DNA of 64,000 nt from the human T2T-CHM13v2.0 reference genome, Homo sapiens, in the NCBI RefSeq assembly GCF_009914755.1, contig NC_060927.1. One strand, given 5' to 3'. Positions 39,078 to 52,300 of this stretch are shown piece by piece; within the stretch, counting starts at the first letter, position 1; every line of letters starts with the position of its first letter. A model generated the notes under the pieces. The model worked only from the letters and a program-made list of their open reading frames with translations, made no database searches and had not been told where the DNA came from. A program made the position numbers and the translations under genes.

Positions 39078-39361
39078 TGTCAGGCATGGTGGCTTACGCC
39101 TGTAATCTCAGCACTTTGGGTGGTTGGGGCATAGGATCACTTGAGCCCAGGTATTTGAGGGCACTCTGAAAAACACAGGGAGACCCCATCTCTACCAAAA
39201 AAAAAAAAAAAAAAAAAGCCTGGGCATGGTGGTTCGCACCTGTATTCTCTGCTACTTGGGAGGCTGAAGTGAGAGGATCACTTGAGCCAGGAGCCTGATG
39301 CTGTGAGCTGTGATTGTGCCATTGCACTGCAGCCAGTGTGACAGAGCAAGGCCCTGTCTTT
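39078..39361 (+). mobile_element. AluJ
   Basis: CAGGCATGGTGGCTTACGCCTGTAATC...GGATCACTTGAGCCCAGG...GACAGAGCAAGGCCCTGTCT. Confidence 0.93.
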
Positions 39362-39577
39362 AAGAGAGAGAGAGGAAGGAATGAAGGAAGGAAGGAAGGA
39401 AGGAAGGAAGAAGGAAGGAAGGAAGGAAGGAAGGGAGGGAGGGGAAAAAAAAGAAAAAGAAAGAAACAAGAAAGAAAGAAAGAAAGAAAGAAAAGAAAGA
39501 AAGATAGAAAGAAAGAAAGAAAGAAAGAAGAAAGAAAGAAAGAAAGGAAAAGGAAAGGAAAAGAAAAGAAAAGAAAG
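39362..39577. repeat. Compound purine microsatellite (GA/GGAA/GAAA/GAAAA) from the Alu tail
   Basis: About 215 nt of almost pure A/G; produces the K/E/R-rich and F/L/S-rich ORFs at 39094-39673. Confidence 0.97.
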
Positions 39578-41823
39578 TTGATAAACATCAGGAAAACAAC
39601 TAGCATGAAAAAAAGTGACATCATAATCTAACAATTTTATAATAAAAAGAAATATTGATTGCTTTTGCATCAAGAAGCACCAAATCTCTCAGGAGTTCCA
39701 ATGTCTAATTAATGCTGGTTCCCCACCAAAAAAACTCTTAGTGAGAGTAGGGGACTAAAACTTCTGATGGCTGTGTATCTTGAATTCTCTACCAAAAGGC
39801 CATCAATAGATTTCTTGTTCATTAAAATCTTAATTCTCTCACTCCTGGGCTATGATTTCTCTATCAAGCCCAGGCTTGGCTACTTTATTCATTTATTCGA
39901 ATTCATTCATTTGACACCAAAAAAAAAATACAATCTTTTGAAACACAAAAAAAGTATCACTCTTTGCTTGCCTCCCAAAGCAGTCCAGGTTATCTCTAAG
40001 ATTGCAATAAAAGACAAAATTAAGTTTCAAGAAGCAATTAGGAAGAAACATATAAGAATACATATGGAACCCCGAAAAATAACAGTAGTTATTTTAGGTA
40101 ATGTTTCTCTTTAAAAATTCTAATTTGCTCAGATAGGTCATGTTTTAAATTGAATATTCCATATACAAGCTCAATCTACTTTTAATTATTATTTTGTATT
40201 TGAGATGCTTTCTTATCAGCCAATCTTGTGTATGGTATGTGATTTGGTATAATCATCTCAACAAATAATGAAGTCCTCAACCGTGATATCTAGAATTTAA
40301 CAGAAATTACTGTAGCACACACAATGATTTTATAAAATAAAGGTGGTAATGGGAAGCAGACAATTAAACATCATCAGGAAAATGTCAAGTTGATTTTCTT
40401 CCCAACTAATTTAATCCATGACATAAAAATTTCTATGTTTTAAACTAAATTGATTTAACCTTTAACTTCAACATATAAAGAATTATGTTCCAAATTTATT
40501 TATTATTTAAAATGCATAATCATACATAAACCTGGGATGAATGCAATGTGATGCTATGTTAAATAGAGCAACAAGAAAAAGTGAAATGTATGACCTTGTT
40601 TTAACTAATCACTCATTGTCCTTATTGGGAGAGATTTCAATCCTCCCACCTCTTAAATTTTTACAATAGCTAAGGCAACAAAAGGAACACAGCCCTTTCT
40701 ATGGAATGTACAACAACAAAATTCTGTCAGTATTCACTCTGCCAAAGTGCTATAATTAGAACTTGCTGGAAGTGAAATTACTGTGATAAATAATTATATT
40801 TTCTCTACTAACAGCACATGTGGGAATACAATAGAGATAAACACAATGAGAGGGAGAGAGAGACAGAGTACTCTTTCTGTCTAACATCTCTGATAAAAAC
40901 GGCACCAGAGACAGGCAATAAACTTAGTATGCAGGTAGTAACTCTCTCCCATGAACCCAGAGCTCCCCGGTTTGTCAGTGTCGAGAAAGAAAGAGTCCCA
41001 GGCATTCTTAGGAAATCAGTGACAGCACCATGTTAAATGCTCCTTCATGGGTTATTACAGGTCAGTCTAAGAATCCCTTTATCCTCATTTTCTGTCACTT
41101 TGCTATTTTCTTTATGAGTTTTTAGTTTTCCTTATTGGGACATCATGATTAAACAAACATCAGAACTGCCCGTTAAATGCAGGTGGATTTGCTGGGCAAA
41201 TATGAAAAACAACATGACCTACAAATAGTACAAGGGATGTGTTATACAGAATGTGCTTTTCCACAGAAAAGACAATAAAGACTGAGTTGACAGTTGTAGA
41301 AAAATACTTATTTTGTCCAAATTACCTGGAAGAACTCTATTACGGAAATTGAAGCTGTTTTGTTTGGTTTGGTTTTGTTTTAAAAGGGATGTGATATCTG
41401 TTCACAGGGAAACACTCTCAACACAGAAACACCCCTAGATCACAGCTGGATTGTCCAGCGCTCCAGCTCTTCCTTACTCTGTTCTTTCATATAATCAGTC
41501 CTCAGAAAGCCTGTCTAACCTATACCTCCAGCCAGCTCAGACTTGTCAAGGCATGTTGGTAGAGATGGAGTCTTGAGCTCAAGGTGAATCTAACTTCTTG
41601 AAGAATCAGAAGCTGAAAAGAACAAAATATAACTAGGAGGCCAGCTATATGGTTTCAGGGACATAAGTCACCCTATAAATCTCTAGGCTGGTTGAGAAAT
41701 GTTCTCATATAGATCCGTGCACCAGTCTCATGTGGAATGGTCTGTTAAGTAAGGACTATCTGTGCATATTAATGGGGTGAAACCCAGATAGGCTTGTAAC
41801 ACAATTCCTGTTTGTTCTGAAGG

Positions 41824-41825
<2 letters not shown>

Positions 41826-41871
<46 letters not shown>
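41826..41871. repeat. Perfect (GT)23 microsatellite
   Basis: Seen directly. Confidence 0.97.
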
Positions 41872-41874
<3 letters not shown>

Positions 41875-42402
41875 GTTGGGGGACAAGAGAAACCAGAGAA
41901 TGTAATAATACAATACAGGTTGTTTCACTGGAAATTCTTTATGAAACTAAAAGCAGAGTATTTTGTGACCTACCTGATACACAGAGGAAACGTGTCCTGT
42001 ATTTTCTCCAAGTTGATTGGTCTCCGGATAGCATCCTAGTAGCAGTTAGGGCTCCTTTCCATAAGCTGCACACTTGAAGCTCAATAGGGTCTTGTGTTTT
42101 TGAGACCCGTTTCCTCCAATGCTTTTATTATATTGAATCATTTTGCTTTTTCCACAAGACCTTCTTTTTTCCTACACTTCTGTTCTGTGTGAGCAACAAG
42201 TATTATTTTAAAAAAGCAAATATTACTACTTGTAAACTATTAACAACCTATTCGGCATTTCTACAACTATCTGGCACTTTAGGCAAAGAGCTTCTGGATA
42301 TTAGAATAAGTGGGGACTTTATGGTTTTCCATCCATAATCTGGACCCCAGGTGAGATTTTATAATGAAACCAAATGTTAAACTATGTGCTGTCCAGAATC
42401 TA

Positions 42403-42760
42403 TGCTATGGTCTGAATGTTTGTGACCCCCTAAAAGTCATATGCTTAAATCTTAATCCCCAAGGTGATGGTATTAGGAGCTAGGGTCCTTAGGAGTTGAT
42501 TTGTTCATGAGTGCTTTGCCCTTATTAATGAAATAAGTACCCTTATAAAAGAGGCCCAGGAGAAACCTATTTCCATTCCATCACATAAGAACACAACGAG
42601 AAGGCACCCTCTATAAATCAGAAAGTGTGTCATCACCAGAGATAGAATCAGTTGAGACCTTGATCTTGAAATTCCCAGCCACAAGACTGAAAGTAAATTT
42701 CTATTTATATGCCACCCAGTTTAAGGTATTTTGTAATAGTAGTTCAAAAGGACTAAGGCA
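42403..42760 (+). mobile_element. MaLR solo LTR (MLT1A-like)
   Basis: TGCTATGGTCTGAATGTTTGTG...GCCACCCAGTTTAAGGTATTTTGTAATAG...GACTAAGGCA; 5-bp TSD ATCTA/ACCTA. Confidence 0.9.
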
Positions 42761-43083
42761 ACCTATAAGCACTCAGATATATAAAGTGATTCAGCTTCTA
42801 CTTGTAGTATGGAGAAACTCCTCTCTTGGTCCCCCATCATGCTGAGATAGAAGACTCTCAATTCTGAGGACCTGGAGCAACCAGCCTTGTGGTTGGTTTA
42901 GGGGAATTAATCTGCCAAGAATCATAGCTTTGCAGGAACAAGTGGGCTCTAGCATTTGACTCCTATATGAAAAAGAAGGCCCGTGTCACCTTTCTAAACA
43001 CCTGTCTTGAACACCATCATTTTACCAGTGAACAATTACTTCTAACATCCCTTGGAGGCAGAGAAGCTGGATTGATATACTTG

Positions 43084-43987
43084 TGATAGGAACAGGAGGC
43101 AGGAAAATTCTGGGCAGAAGAGGGCGAGTCTGGTGAGGGCCTCACCCTCAAGCATGGAACCACGGCCCAAAGTGAGAACAGGCATTCCTCTTTTCCTGCT
43201 GAAATGTTGCCTTTTCCAAAAGCACCCATGGCACGCCTGCCCCCCATCCTCTACCCTTAAAACCCTCAGGCTTCACTGGCAGAGAGAGAGGAGAAGAGGA
43301 GAAGCAGCTGGAGGCCAGAGACTATGGTTTGATGTGGGAGAGAAGCAGCTTAACTTCAGAGGGGTGGCTTGATGGCATTGCTTTGTAGAGGAGTCCAGCT
43401 GGGGACAGTTGGACTCTGGGGGAAGATCCTCTTCCCACTCCATCCCCTTTCCAGCTCCCCTTCCAGCTGAGAGCCACTTTCATTGCCAGTGAAATCCTCT
43501 GTATTCACCACCCTTCAATTCATATGTGTGACCTGATTTTTCCTCAATGGTGAACAAGAGCTCAGGTGCCATGGGCACAGATGCTAAAGGCTGTCACACT
43601 GACCCTCTATCCTCACTGACAAAGAGCAAACACCTCATGCAAAAAAGCAGAGGGCCCACTGAGTTGTTTAACACTTAAGCTGTCTGTGGCTGGCAAAGCT
43701 AAAAAAGCACTGTAACACACACCCTCTGGGGCTTTGTGGGTCATGGGTACTCCCTGTTAGATGCTGCAGGAGAACCACAAGGAATTTTGCTCCTACAGGC
43801 ACTTAAAGGCACTCGACCCAGCTCCTGCACCCTCTCACCTGTGCTCCCCTTCCTGTAAGGGGTGGAACACAGCAGGACCCAACAAGAGGAGTCTTCCCCT
43901 CCCAGCACAGAAGTGGATGGCTAGTTCTAGCACCCGTGCACTCCCAGTACTCGCCTGCAAAAGGTTCAGGAAAAATTTCCTGCTTCT
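43084..43987 (+). mobile_element. ERV1 solo LTR, LTR1 family (LTR1/27/28-like), 904 bp
   Basis: TGATAGGAACAGGAGGCAGGAAAATTCTGGGCAGAAGAGGGCG...CACCCTCAAGC; ends TTCCTGCTTCT (terminal CA mutated); exact 4-bp TSD CTTG at 43080-43083 and 43988-43991. Confidence 0.88.
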
Positions 43988-44429
43988 CTTGGACCTTAGG
44001 AAAATTCTATTATAATTTCTTTAATTTTTTCAGTGATTTAAGGATGTCATCAGTTGAAAGTAGAGATGGAGAAGAAGGGTTGGAGGTGAAGACAAAAGGA
44101 AGGGTATGAAATCAACATATAAGATAGTAGGAACATGGATGGATTAGGGAATGAAGTTTTATTTATTTGCAGTATTAGGTGCCCATTTGTTGTTATTAGT
44201 CATGATTTCAAGGTTGTTCACTTTGGTGATGCATTTTTTTCCAGACACATTCAACTGCATGAATGCAGATGTGGAATAAACAAAACAAATGCATTTAAGT
44301 GGAATTAGAATTACATTCCATAACCAATGCTGAAATATTTTCAAAGAAAATACAACATAAAGTATATAACATTATTTGTGACCCAAACTGTATATTTCCA
44401 GTTTCTTATTTTCATTGTTACTTATTTAA

Positions 44430-44745
44430 ATTGATAGTCTCAGAGATCCCAAATTGAACATGCCATCCCATAACCAACCTGTGTAAAATAGATTCTTTTT
44501 ATTTATTCTATCTCTCTCTCAGCCCACCCCCACTACCAACACCAAAGCATTCATCAAAATTATAATTAATCTATTTATTTGTTCTTTATCACTCTCTCTT
44601 TTTGAAATTATATGTGTAAAACATACATAATTCTTTGTTTGCCATTCTATTCTCAGCATCTGGCACAAAGTCTGGCATATAATAGATACTCAATACATAT
44701 TTACAGAATGACTACATGAATGAAGAAATGAATATGAGCAAATAA
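44430..44745 (+). mobile_element. L2 3' end
   Basis: CAGCATCTGGCACAAAGTCTGGCATATAATAGATACTCAATACATATTT...GAATGAA terminal motif. Confidence 0.65.
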
Positions 44746-45859
44746 ATAACTGAAGGAAGAGAAAGATCTGGCTATGGTTTGTATCTTACAGTTTTCTGGT
44801 TGTGAAGGACTAGAGATAGGTGGTTTATCACCATCCCTTGTGATTTCATAATACTTAGCCTGTTGAATTGGTGAGTTCTCAGGTCTAGAGCCAGTCCTAT
44901 CTACTCTGTGACCCTTCTTTCCCAATCATTATTGGAATATTATACAAGCAGTGAACCATTCATTTGTCATGAAGTAGTTATCTAAATTATGAAGAATCAT
45001 GAAACAAAACTCTTTGGGAACACTAAGAAGTGAATTTACTTTCATTGGTGTTGATAATTTTGGTTTAATATAAGCTGGCTTTACAGCTCTTTTCTGTTTC
45101 AGTCCCATCCACAGTAGGTTTGGCAATCTTTCTAAGCTATTATATTTGGCAGGGCTCCAAATACAACTTCTGAGTTAAAGCTGGAGGTAACTCCTCTCAA
45201 TTGACTGCTTCACGTGGTGGATAAGAGTCAGGATCTTTGGAACTTCTTTTTAAACATTCATACATGCACAGACTTACTTATTTTTATTTACTACTCTCAT
45301 TTTTTACACCATGTTTTTTTTTTGACTCTATTTCTTTTTCTTCTCTTATGTTAACCTACACTGCTTGGCAGGTCTTTTACGGGTTACATACTCTTATTTT
45401 ATGCTTTATGCTTACCCAGATCCCAAGACCTTAGTCACAATATTCTTCAAACATTCTTCATTCAGACCCTGCATTCTTATAACATTAGCATCAATGATGG
45501 CCACATTTTCAAAAATATGCATGAGATATATTTTATATTAAGTATAAAAATGACACATGTACAAAAACAATTGGGAAAAGCTTACTCATTTAAAAAATTA
45601 GGAAATTATCTTTCTCTTTTTCTTATTTTTTTCTTGTTAAATATATTTCCCAAAAAGCTCTGGAGAAATTTCCTGCTTTACTAAGCAAAAATAACAATGA
45701 AAATTTTGTTGTTAACAAAAATCTGGTAATACTCAGGGCCATTACTATTAGCATTGTTTCTGCATTGAGAATATAGAACGTTTACGACATAGGATTTGGC
45801 AATGGATCATGTTAGATTTATCAGAATTGTTTCATTTGAAAACAAAGTATTATGTGAAC

Positions 45860-45918
<59 letters not shown>

Positions 45919-45928
45919 ATTTCTTTCT
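45860..45928. repeat. (CTTT)n tetranucleotide microsatellite (about 14 perfect units)
   Basis: Seen directly. Confidence 0.97.
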
Positions 45929-46982
45929 AATTATTACTTTCTTCCAGGGGCTATATCAAAACTACTTTCTAACAGTGTAGTCAATAAAGGCTTACTCATT
46001 ATTATGTTCCCACAATAAGTGAAGCCTGAAGTACACTTTGGCTCACTTATCCAGCATGATTAAGCAAGTGAAATTTTAAAACCAAACTGTCAGAAAATTG
46101 CACCAAATCTCTATTTCCTTTAGTATGTGGACACAGTCTATAAAACATTTTGGAAGTGATTATTTGCTTCATTTTAAAACAGCTGATTCCCAGGATAAAT
46201 TTAATAAAAGTAATTTGTCATTACTATTGATTCATGGTAAGCAGCTATCCTGGGACTTTGGAATCACATACTAAACTTTAAAACTTTGCAGAACTTATAA
46301 TTGCTACCTTCAGGAGTTTATCCATTGAAATACAGAAGGATGAAAAACTTTTCAGAATCAGATGGATGATTCAGCAACAATAATGGCTTAAGCAAGGACC
46401 GTTACAGAAATTAATACCATAGAGGGAGAAGGATGTATCTGGCCCACATCTTCATGAGGACGTTCTTAAAAGTATGTCGAAATAATTGTTAGGAATGTGT
46501 GAGGCCAACTATGTTTGTTTTTTAACCCTCAAATTTTAACAATAATTATATTCAGAAAAAAATACAAGTGAATTTCGCCAAACGCTTTTCTCTCTTAAAT
46601 GTTAATCCCAAGGAAATTCCAGTGGAATGCACTGCATATGATTCTGATTTATTTTTACTTATTCAATCATTAAATCATATAGAGACTATAATGAAGCACT
46701 GGATTTTACTTTTCTTTGTCTTTTTAACACAGTTTCTATAGGAAGCAAATAGGCCTTGAGCTCCTTACAGGACTCAAACTGCCTGCAAACTGCATGGTCT
46801 ATAGATTGAAGGGTTTTGCAATTTTTTGGATCATGGTAAGCAGGACACAACAATTGAGAATGCTTTTTACTGTTAAATTATCATTCCTACTCTGAAAATG
46901 GAAGGAGAGATAATGACTCCCTATATAATCTACATAGCTTTTAGGGAGCGAGGGAAGAAATTCAAACTTAAAAGCACCAGAG

Positions 46983-48493
46983 AAACAGTATTATAGGAAG
47001 ATGGTGGAGTAGAAATCACCACATACCACACACATATAACAATTACTCCAGCAGAATCTGTTTGTTGTAACTATTTTGAAACTGTAGACTCCACTGAAGG
47101 CTTATAATTTACAGGGGAAGTCCTGGTTAACAAATTACAGATAATATCAGTCAATTTCAGGTCTTATTTTGACAGCAGCTACCCATCCCTGAACCCTAGC
47201 CTCCCGGCAGGCAGCCATGCTCATGTTCCTAGAACAGCTTGCATGCAGCATGCAAAAACAAGAGTAGGCAATAAGGAGCTGTCCCCCAAATATTGGGGAA
47301 GTATGATCTAATTATTGATTGCTGTGCTTGATTACAGAGGTACAGATACAGAGGCAGATAGCTATCATTTTTGCATCCCCCCATTGTTGCAAGCCCCCCA
47401 AATCTCTAGTTGAAGTGGTTTCTAAGGGATATAAAGGACTAGTGATTCTTAACCCCCTTTATTCTTATCTTGTCCTCTTTTCAGGGGCTAGACATTAAGT
47501 ATCGGAACATTCCAAAGCAATCACTTACACAGGAAAAATTGGAAAATCACTATGCATGCCTGTGGAAATGTGCAGGATCAGAAAAGACCTACAAAGACCT
47601 TAAGATTATACCTTAGGCTCATTCTCAGCACAAAGACAGCTGACATCAATTTAAAAAGAAAAACTAAACAACAATTTCTCAAATGCTGAGAAAGGGGAAA
47701 AATCTGATTTCTGGGAATTTACACATTATTAGACTCAAATATCCAGTTTTCAACAAAGAAAAAATCACAAGGCATACAAAAAAACAGAAAAGTATAACGT
47801 AGTCGAAGGAAAAAAACAAACCAACTGAGACTGTCACTGAGGAAAACCTAAAAAGTGTAAAACAAGTGTTTTTAAAATTGTTAACAGAACTGAAGAAAGA
47901 TACAGAGAAAGTGAAGAAAATGATGTATGAACAAAATGAAAAATACGTTAAAAAGATAGAAAAGTCAATATCAAACAAAAAATATTCTAAAGCTTAAAAG
48001 CACAGTAACTGAAATAAAAAATTCACTACATGGATACAAAGGCAGATTTAAACAGACGAAAGAATTGGTGAACTTGAAGATAAGATCATTGAAATTATTG
48101 AGTCTCAGGAAGAGAAAGAAAAAAGACTGAAGAATAGTGGAAAAAGCCTAAGAGATCCATGAGACATCATCAAGCAAACCAACTTATGCACAGCAGCAGT
48201 CCCAGAAGGAGAAAAGAAAGAAAGGGGCAGAGATGGTATTTGAAGAAATAAAGGCTGAAAAATTCCAAATTTGAAAAAATACTTAAATATAAACATGAAA
48301 GAATCTCAATGAACTCAAAGTAAAATGAAGTCAAAGACACCCACACTGAGACACACTACAATCAAAATGTCAAAAGCCAAAAATAAGAATCTTGAAAGTA
48401 ACAAGAGATGAGTGTTACCACATACAAGGAATTGGTAATAAGATTGCCAGTACACATAAGAAACTTTGGAGGCCAGAAGGCAATGGGTTGATA
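46983..48493 (+). mobile_element. L1MB/L1M4-type 5' UTR and ORF1 (5' part of the element ending at 57070)
   Basis: GGAAGATGGTGGAGTAG start; ORF1-like TGAACTTGAAGATAAGATCATTGAAATT, AGTCCCAGAAGGAGAA, GAAACTTTGGAGGCCAGAAGGCAATGGG. Confidence 0.85.
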
Positions 48494-48495
48494 CA

Positions 48496-49326
48496 CAGGC
48501 ACACCTAAGATATTGTGGGTTCAGTTCTAAACCACCATGATAAAGTCAATATTGCAATAAAGCAAGTCACATGAATTCTTTCATTTTCCAGAGCATATAA
48601 AAGTTTATATTACTATAGCCTATCAAGTGTGCAGTAGTATATCTCTAATAAAAACTACATACCTTAATTAAAAAATTCTTTATTGCTCAAAATACTAATA
48701 ATCATCAGATCTTAAAGCAAAATTTAATATTTCCTGTTGGCGAAGGGTCTTAACTTCTTATTGATAACTGATGACTGATTAGAGTCATGGTTGCCTAAGG
48801 CTGGGGTGGCTGTAGTAATTTCTTAAAATTTATATTTTCTTTTAAATAAATAAATAAATAAATTACATTTATTAAATTTAAATAAATTTTCCACATCAAT
48901 TAAAGCTCCCTTTCACAAAATATTTCTCCATAGCAGGAAACACTATTTGATTGCATTCCGCCCTGAGTACAAATTCTTTCAAAGTAGGAGTCAATCCTCT
49001 CAAACCTTGTTGTTTCACCAATTAAGTTTATGTGATATTTTAAATCCTTGATTGTCATTTCAATAATGTTCTGAATATCTTCAACAGGAGTAAATTTCAT
49101 CTCAACGAACTAATCTCTTTGCTCATCTATAAGAAACTACTCATTCTTTAAAGTTTAATCACAAGATTGTGGCAAATCAGCCACATCCTCAGGCTCCATT
49201 TCTAATTCCAGTTCTCTTGCTATTTCCACATGTGCAGCTGCTTCCTCCACTGAGGTCTTGAATGCCTAAAAGTCAACAAGAGGGTTATGATTAAATTCTT
49301 CTACACTCCTGCTAATGCCGATATTT
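48496..49326 (-). mobile_element. Tigger1 DNA transposon, 3' portion with transposase C-terminal remnant
   Basis: TIR-like CAGGCACACCT..GATATTGTGGGTTCAGTTC; ORF 48900-49100 IEMTIKDLKYHINL..FERIDSYFER..SNSVSCYGEIF matches the Tigger1 transposase C-terminus. Confidence 0.92.
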
Positions 49327-52300
49327 TATTTTTTTAATTTTTAATTTTTGTACATACATAGTAGGTATATATATTTATGGGTTACATGAGATATTTTGAT
49401 ACAGGCATGCAATGTGTAATAATCCCATCAGAGTAAATGGGGTATCCATCATCTCAAGTATTTATCCTTTGTGTTTTGAAAAATCCAATTATACTCTTAG
49501 TTATTTTAAAATGTACAATTAAATTACTTTTGACTATAGTTACCCTGCGGTGCTAGCAAATACTAGGTCTTATTCATTCTTTCTAAATTTTTTTTTGTAC
49601 ATATTAACTATCTCCATTTCCTCCCCACCACCACCCCTCGCCGACCATGCTATTACCCTTCCTGGCATCTGGTAAACATCCTTCTACTCTCTATCTCCAT
49701 GAGTTCAATTAATAAGTGAAAACATGTAAAGTTTGTCTTTCCATGCCTGGCTTATTTCACTTAACATAATGACCTCCAGTTACATCTATGTTGTTGTAAA
49801 AGACAGGATCTCATTTTTTTATAGCTGGATAGTGCCATATATTGTGTATATGTACCATATTTTCTTTATTCATTCATATGAAGATGGACACTTACTTGCT
49901 TCCATTCTTGGCTATTGTGAATAGTGCTGCAATAAACATAGGAGTGCAGTTATCTCTTCAGATAAAGAAAATCTACTGATTTTCTTTCTTTTGGACATAT
50001 ACCTAAGAGTGGGATTGCTGGACTGTATGGTAACTCAATTTTTAATTTTTGAGGAAGCTCTAAACTGTTCCCATAGGGGTTGTACTGATTTACATTTCAA
50101 TCAACAGTGCATGAGGGTTCCTTGTTCTCCACATCCTTTCCCACATTAGTTATTGCCTGAATTTTGGATAAAAACCATTTTAACTGGGGTGAGATGATAT
50201 CTGATTTTTAGTTTTGATTTCCATTTCTCTGGTGATATACGATATTGAGGACCTTTTCCTATGCCTGTGTTCCAGGCTACTTAACTTGATGCGATCCTAT
50301 TTGTCTATTTTTGCTTTGGTTGCCTGTGCTTATGGGGTACTTCTCAAGAAATCATTGACTACTTCAATATCCTGGAGTTTCCCCAGCGTTTTCTTTCAGT
50401 AGTTTCTTAGGTTCAGATCTTAGATTTGGTCTTTAATCTACTTTTGATTTGATTTTTGTATGTGGTGAGAGATAGGGATCAAATATCATTGTTTTGCATA
50501 TAGATATCCAGTTTTCCCATCACCATTTATTAAAGAGGTTCTCCTTTCACCAGTGTGTGTTATTGGCACCTTTGTTGAGAATTAGTTCGCTGCAGATATA
50601 TAAATTATCTCTGGGTTCTCCATTATGTTCCAAGGACATGGGTATCTGGTTTTATTCCAGTAACATACCATTTTGTTTACTGTAGCCTTATAGTATAATT
50701 TAAAGTCAGGTAACATGATTCTTCCAGTTTTGTTCTTTGTGCTTAGGATAGGTTTGGCTATTCTGGGCCTTTTGTGGTACATATTAATTTTAGGATTTTT
50801 TTTTTCTTTTCTGTGAAGAATACCACTGTTATTTTGATAGGGATTGCATTAAATATGTAGATTGTTTTGTGTAGTATGGACATCTTAACAATTTTGATTC
50901 TTCCAATCCATGAACATAAAACATCTTTCCATTTTTTTGTGTCCTCTTCAATTTCTTGCATCAATGATTTTTTAGTTTTTGTTGTAGAGATCTTTCACTT
51001 CTTTGGTTAAGTTTACTCCTGGATGTTTTATTTGTTATGATTTTAAATGGGATTACATTCTTGGTTTCTTTTTTGGATTGTTCACTGTTGGCATGTAGAA
51101 GTGCTAGTGAATTTTGTATTGTTGACTTTGTATATTGCAACTTTACAGAATTTGTTATCAGTTCTAATAGCTTCTTGGGGGATCCTTTAGATTGTTTCCA
51201 CATACAAGATTATATTATCTGCAAACAAAGATAATTTGACTTCTTCCATTCCAATTTGGAGCCCTTTATTTTTTTTCCTCCTGTCTTATTGCTCCAGCTA
51301 GGACTTACAGTGCTATGTTGAATAACAGTATTGAAAGTGGAAATCCTTATTGTGTTCTTGATCTTGGAAAAAAGACTTTCCATTTTTCCCCATTCAGTGT
51401 AATACTAGCTATTGGTCTGTCATATGTGGCTTTTATTATGTTGAGATATGTTCCTCATATACATAATTTTTTGAGAATTTTTCTCATGAAAAAATGTTGA
51501 ATTTTATAAAATGTTTTTTTAGCTTCAATTGAAATGATCATGTGGTTTTTTCCCTTCATTCCTTTGATATAATGTGTCACATTGACAGATTTGCATATGT
51601 TGAACCACTTGCATCCCTGGGATAAATCTCACATGGTCATGATGTATAATCTTTTTAATGTATTGTTGCATTCAATTTTCCAGCATTTTCTTGAGAATTT
51701 TTGAGTCAATATTTATCAGAGATAATGACCTATAGTTTTCTTTTCTCAATGTGTCTTTGTCTCATTTTGGTATCAGAGTAATATAGACCATGTAGAATTA
51801 GTTTGGAAGTATTCCCTCATCCTCTGTTTTTTAGAGTAGTTTGAGTAATATTGGTATTAGTTCTTCCTTAAATGTTTGGTAAAATTCAGCAGTGAAGCCA
51901 GGGGGTCCAAGGCTTTTCTTGCTGAGAGAATTTTTATTATGACATTGATCTTGTTACTTGTTATTGTTCTGTTTACATTTGGAATTTCTTCATGCTTCAA
52001 TGGTGGTAGGTTGTCTGTGTTTAGGAATTTACCCATTTCTTCTAGATTTTCCAATGTATTGCATATAATGGTTCATAATGGCAACTAATGATCCCCTGAA
52101 TTTCTGCAGTATCAGTTGTAATATCTCCTTTATCATCTCTGATTTTAATTATTTGGGTCTTACCTATTTTTTCTTGGTCTGGCTAAAGGTTCATCACTGT
52201 TGTTTAATTTTTCTAACAATCAACTTTTTTATTGAGTTTTGTACTGTTTTCTTCGTTTTAATTTTATTTCTGTTCCGATTTTCATTATTTCTAACTTTGG

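Noticed and set aside
39094-39673. Longest ORFs (176, 131 and 105 aa)
   Set aside because: Stop-free only because they run through a purine microsatellite and an Alu.
41017-41043. CAGCACCATG as a REST/NRSF site
   Set aside because: Only one half-site matches; the GGACAG half is absent at the required spacing.
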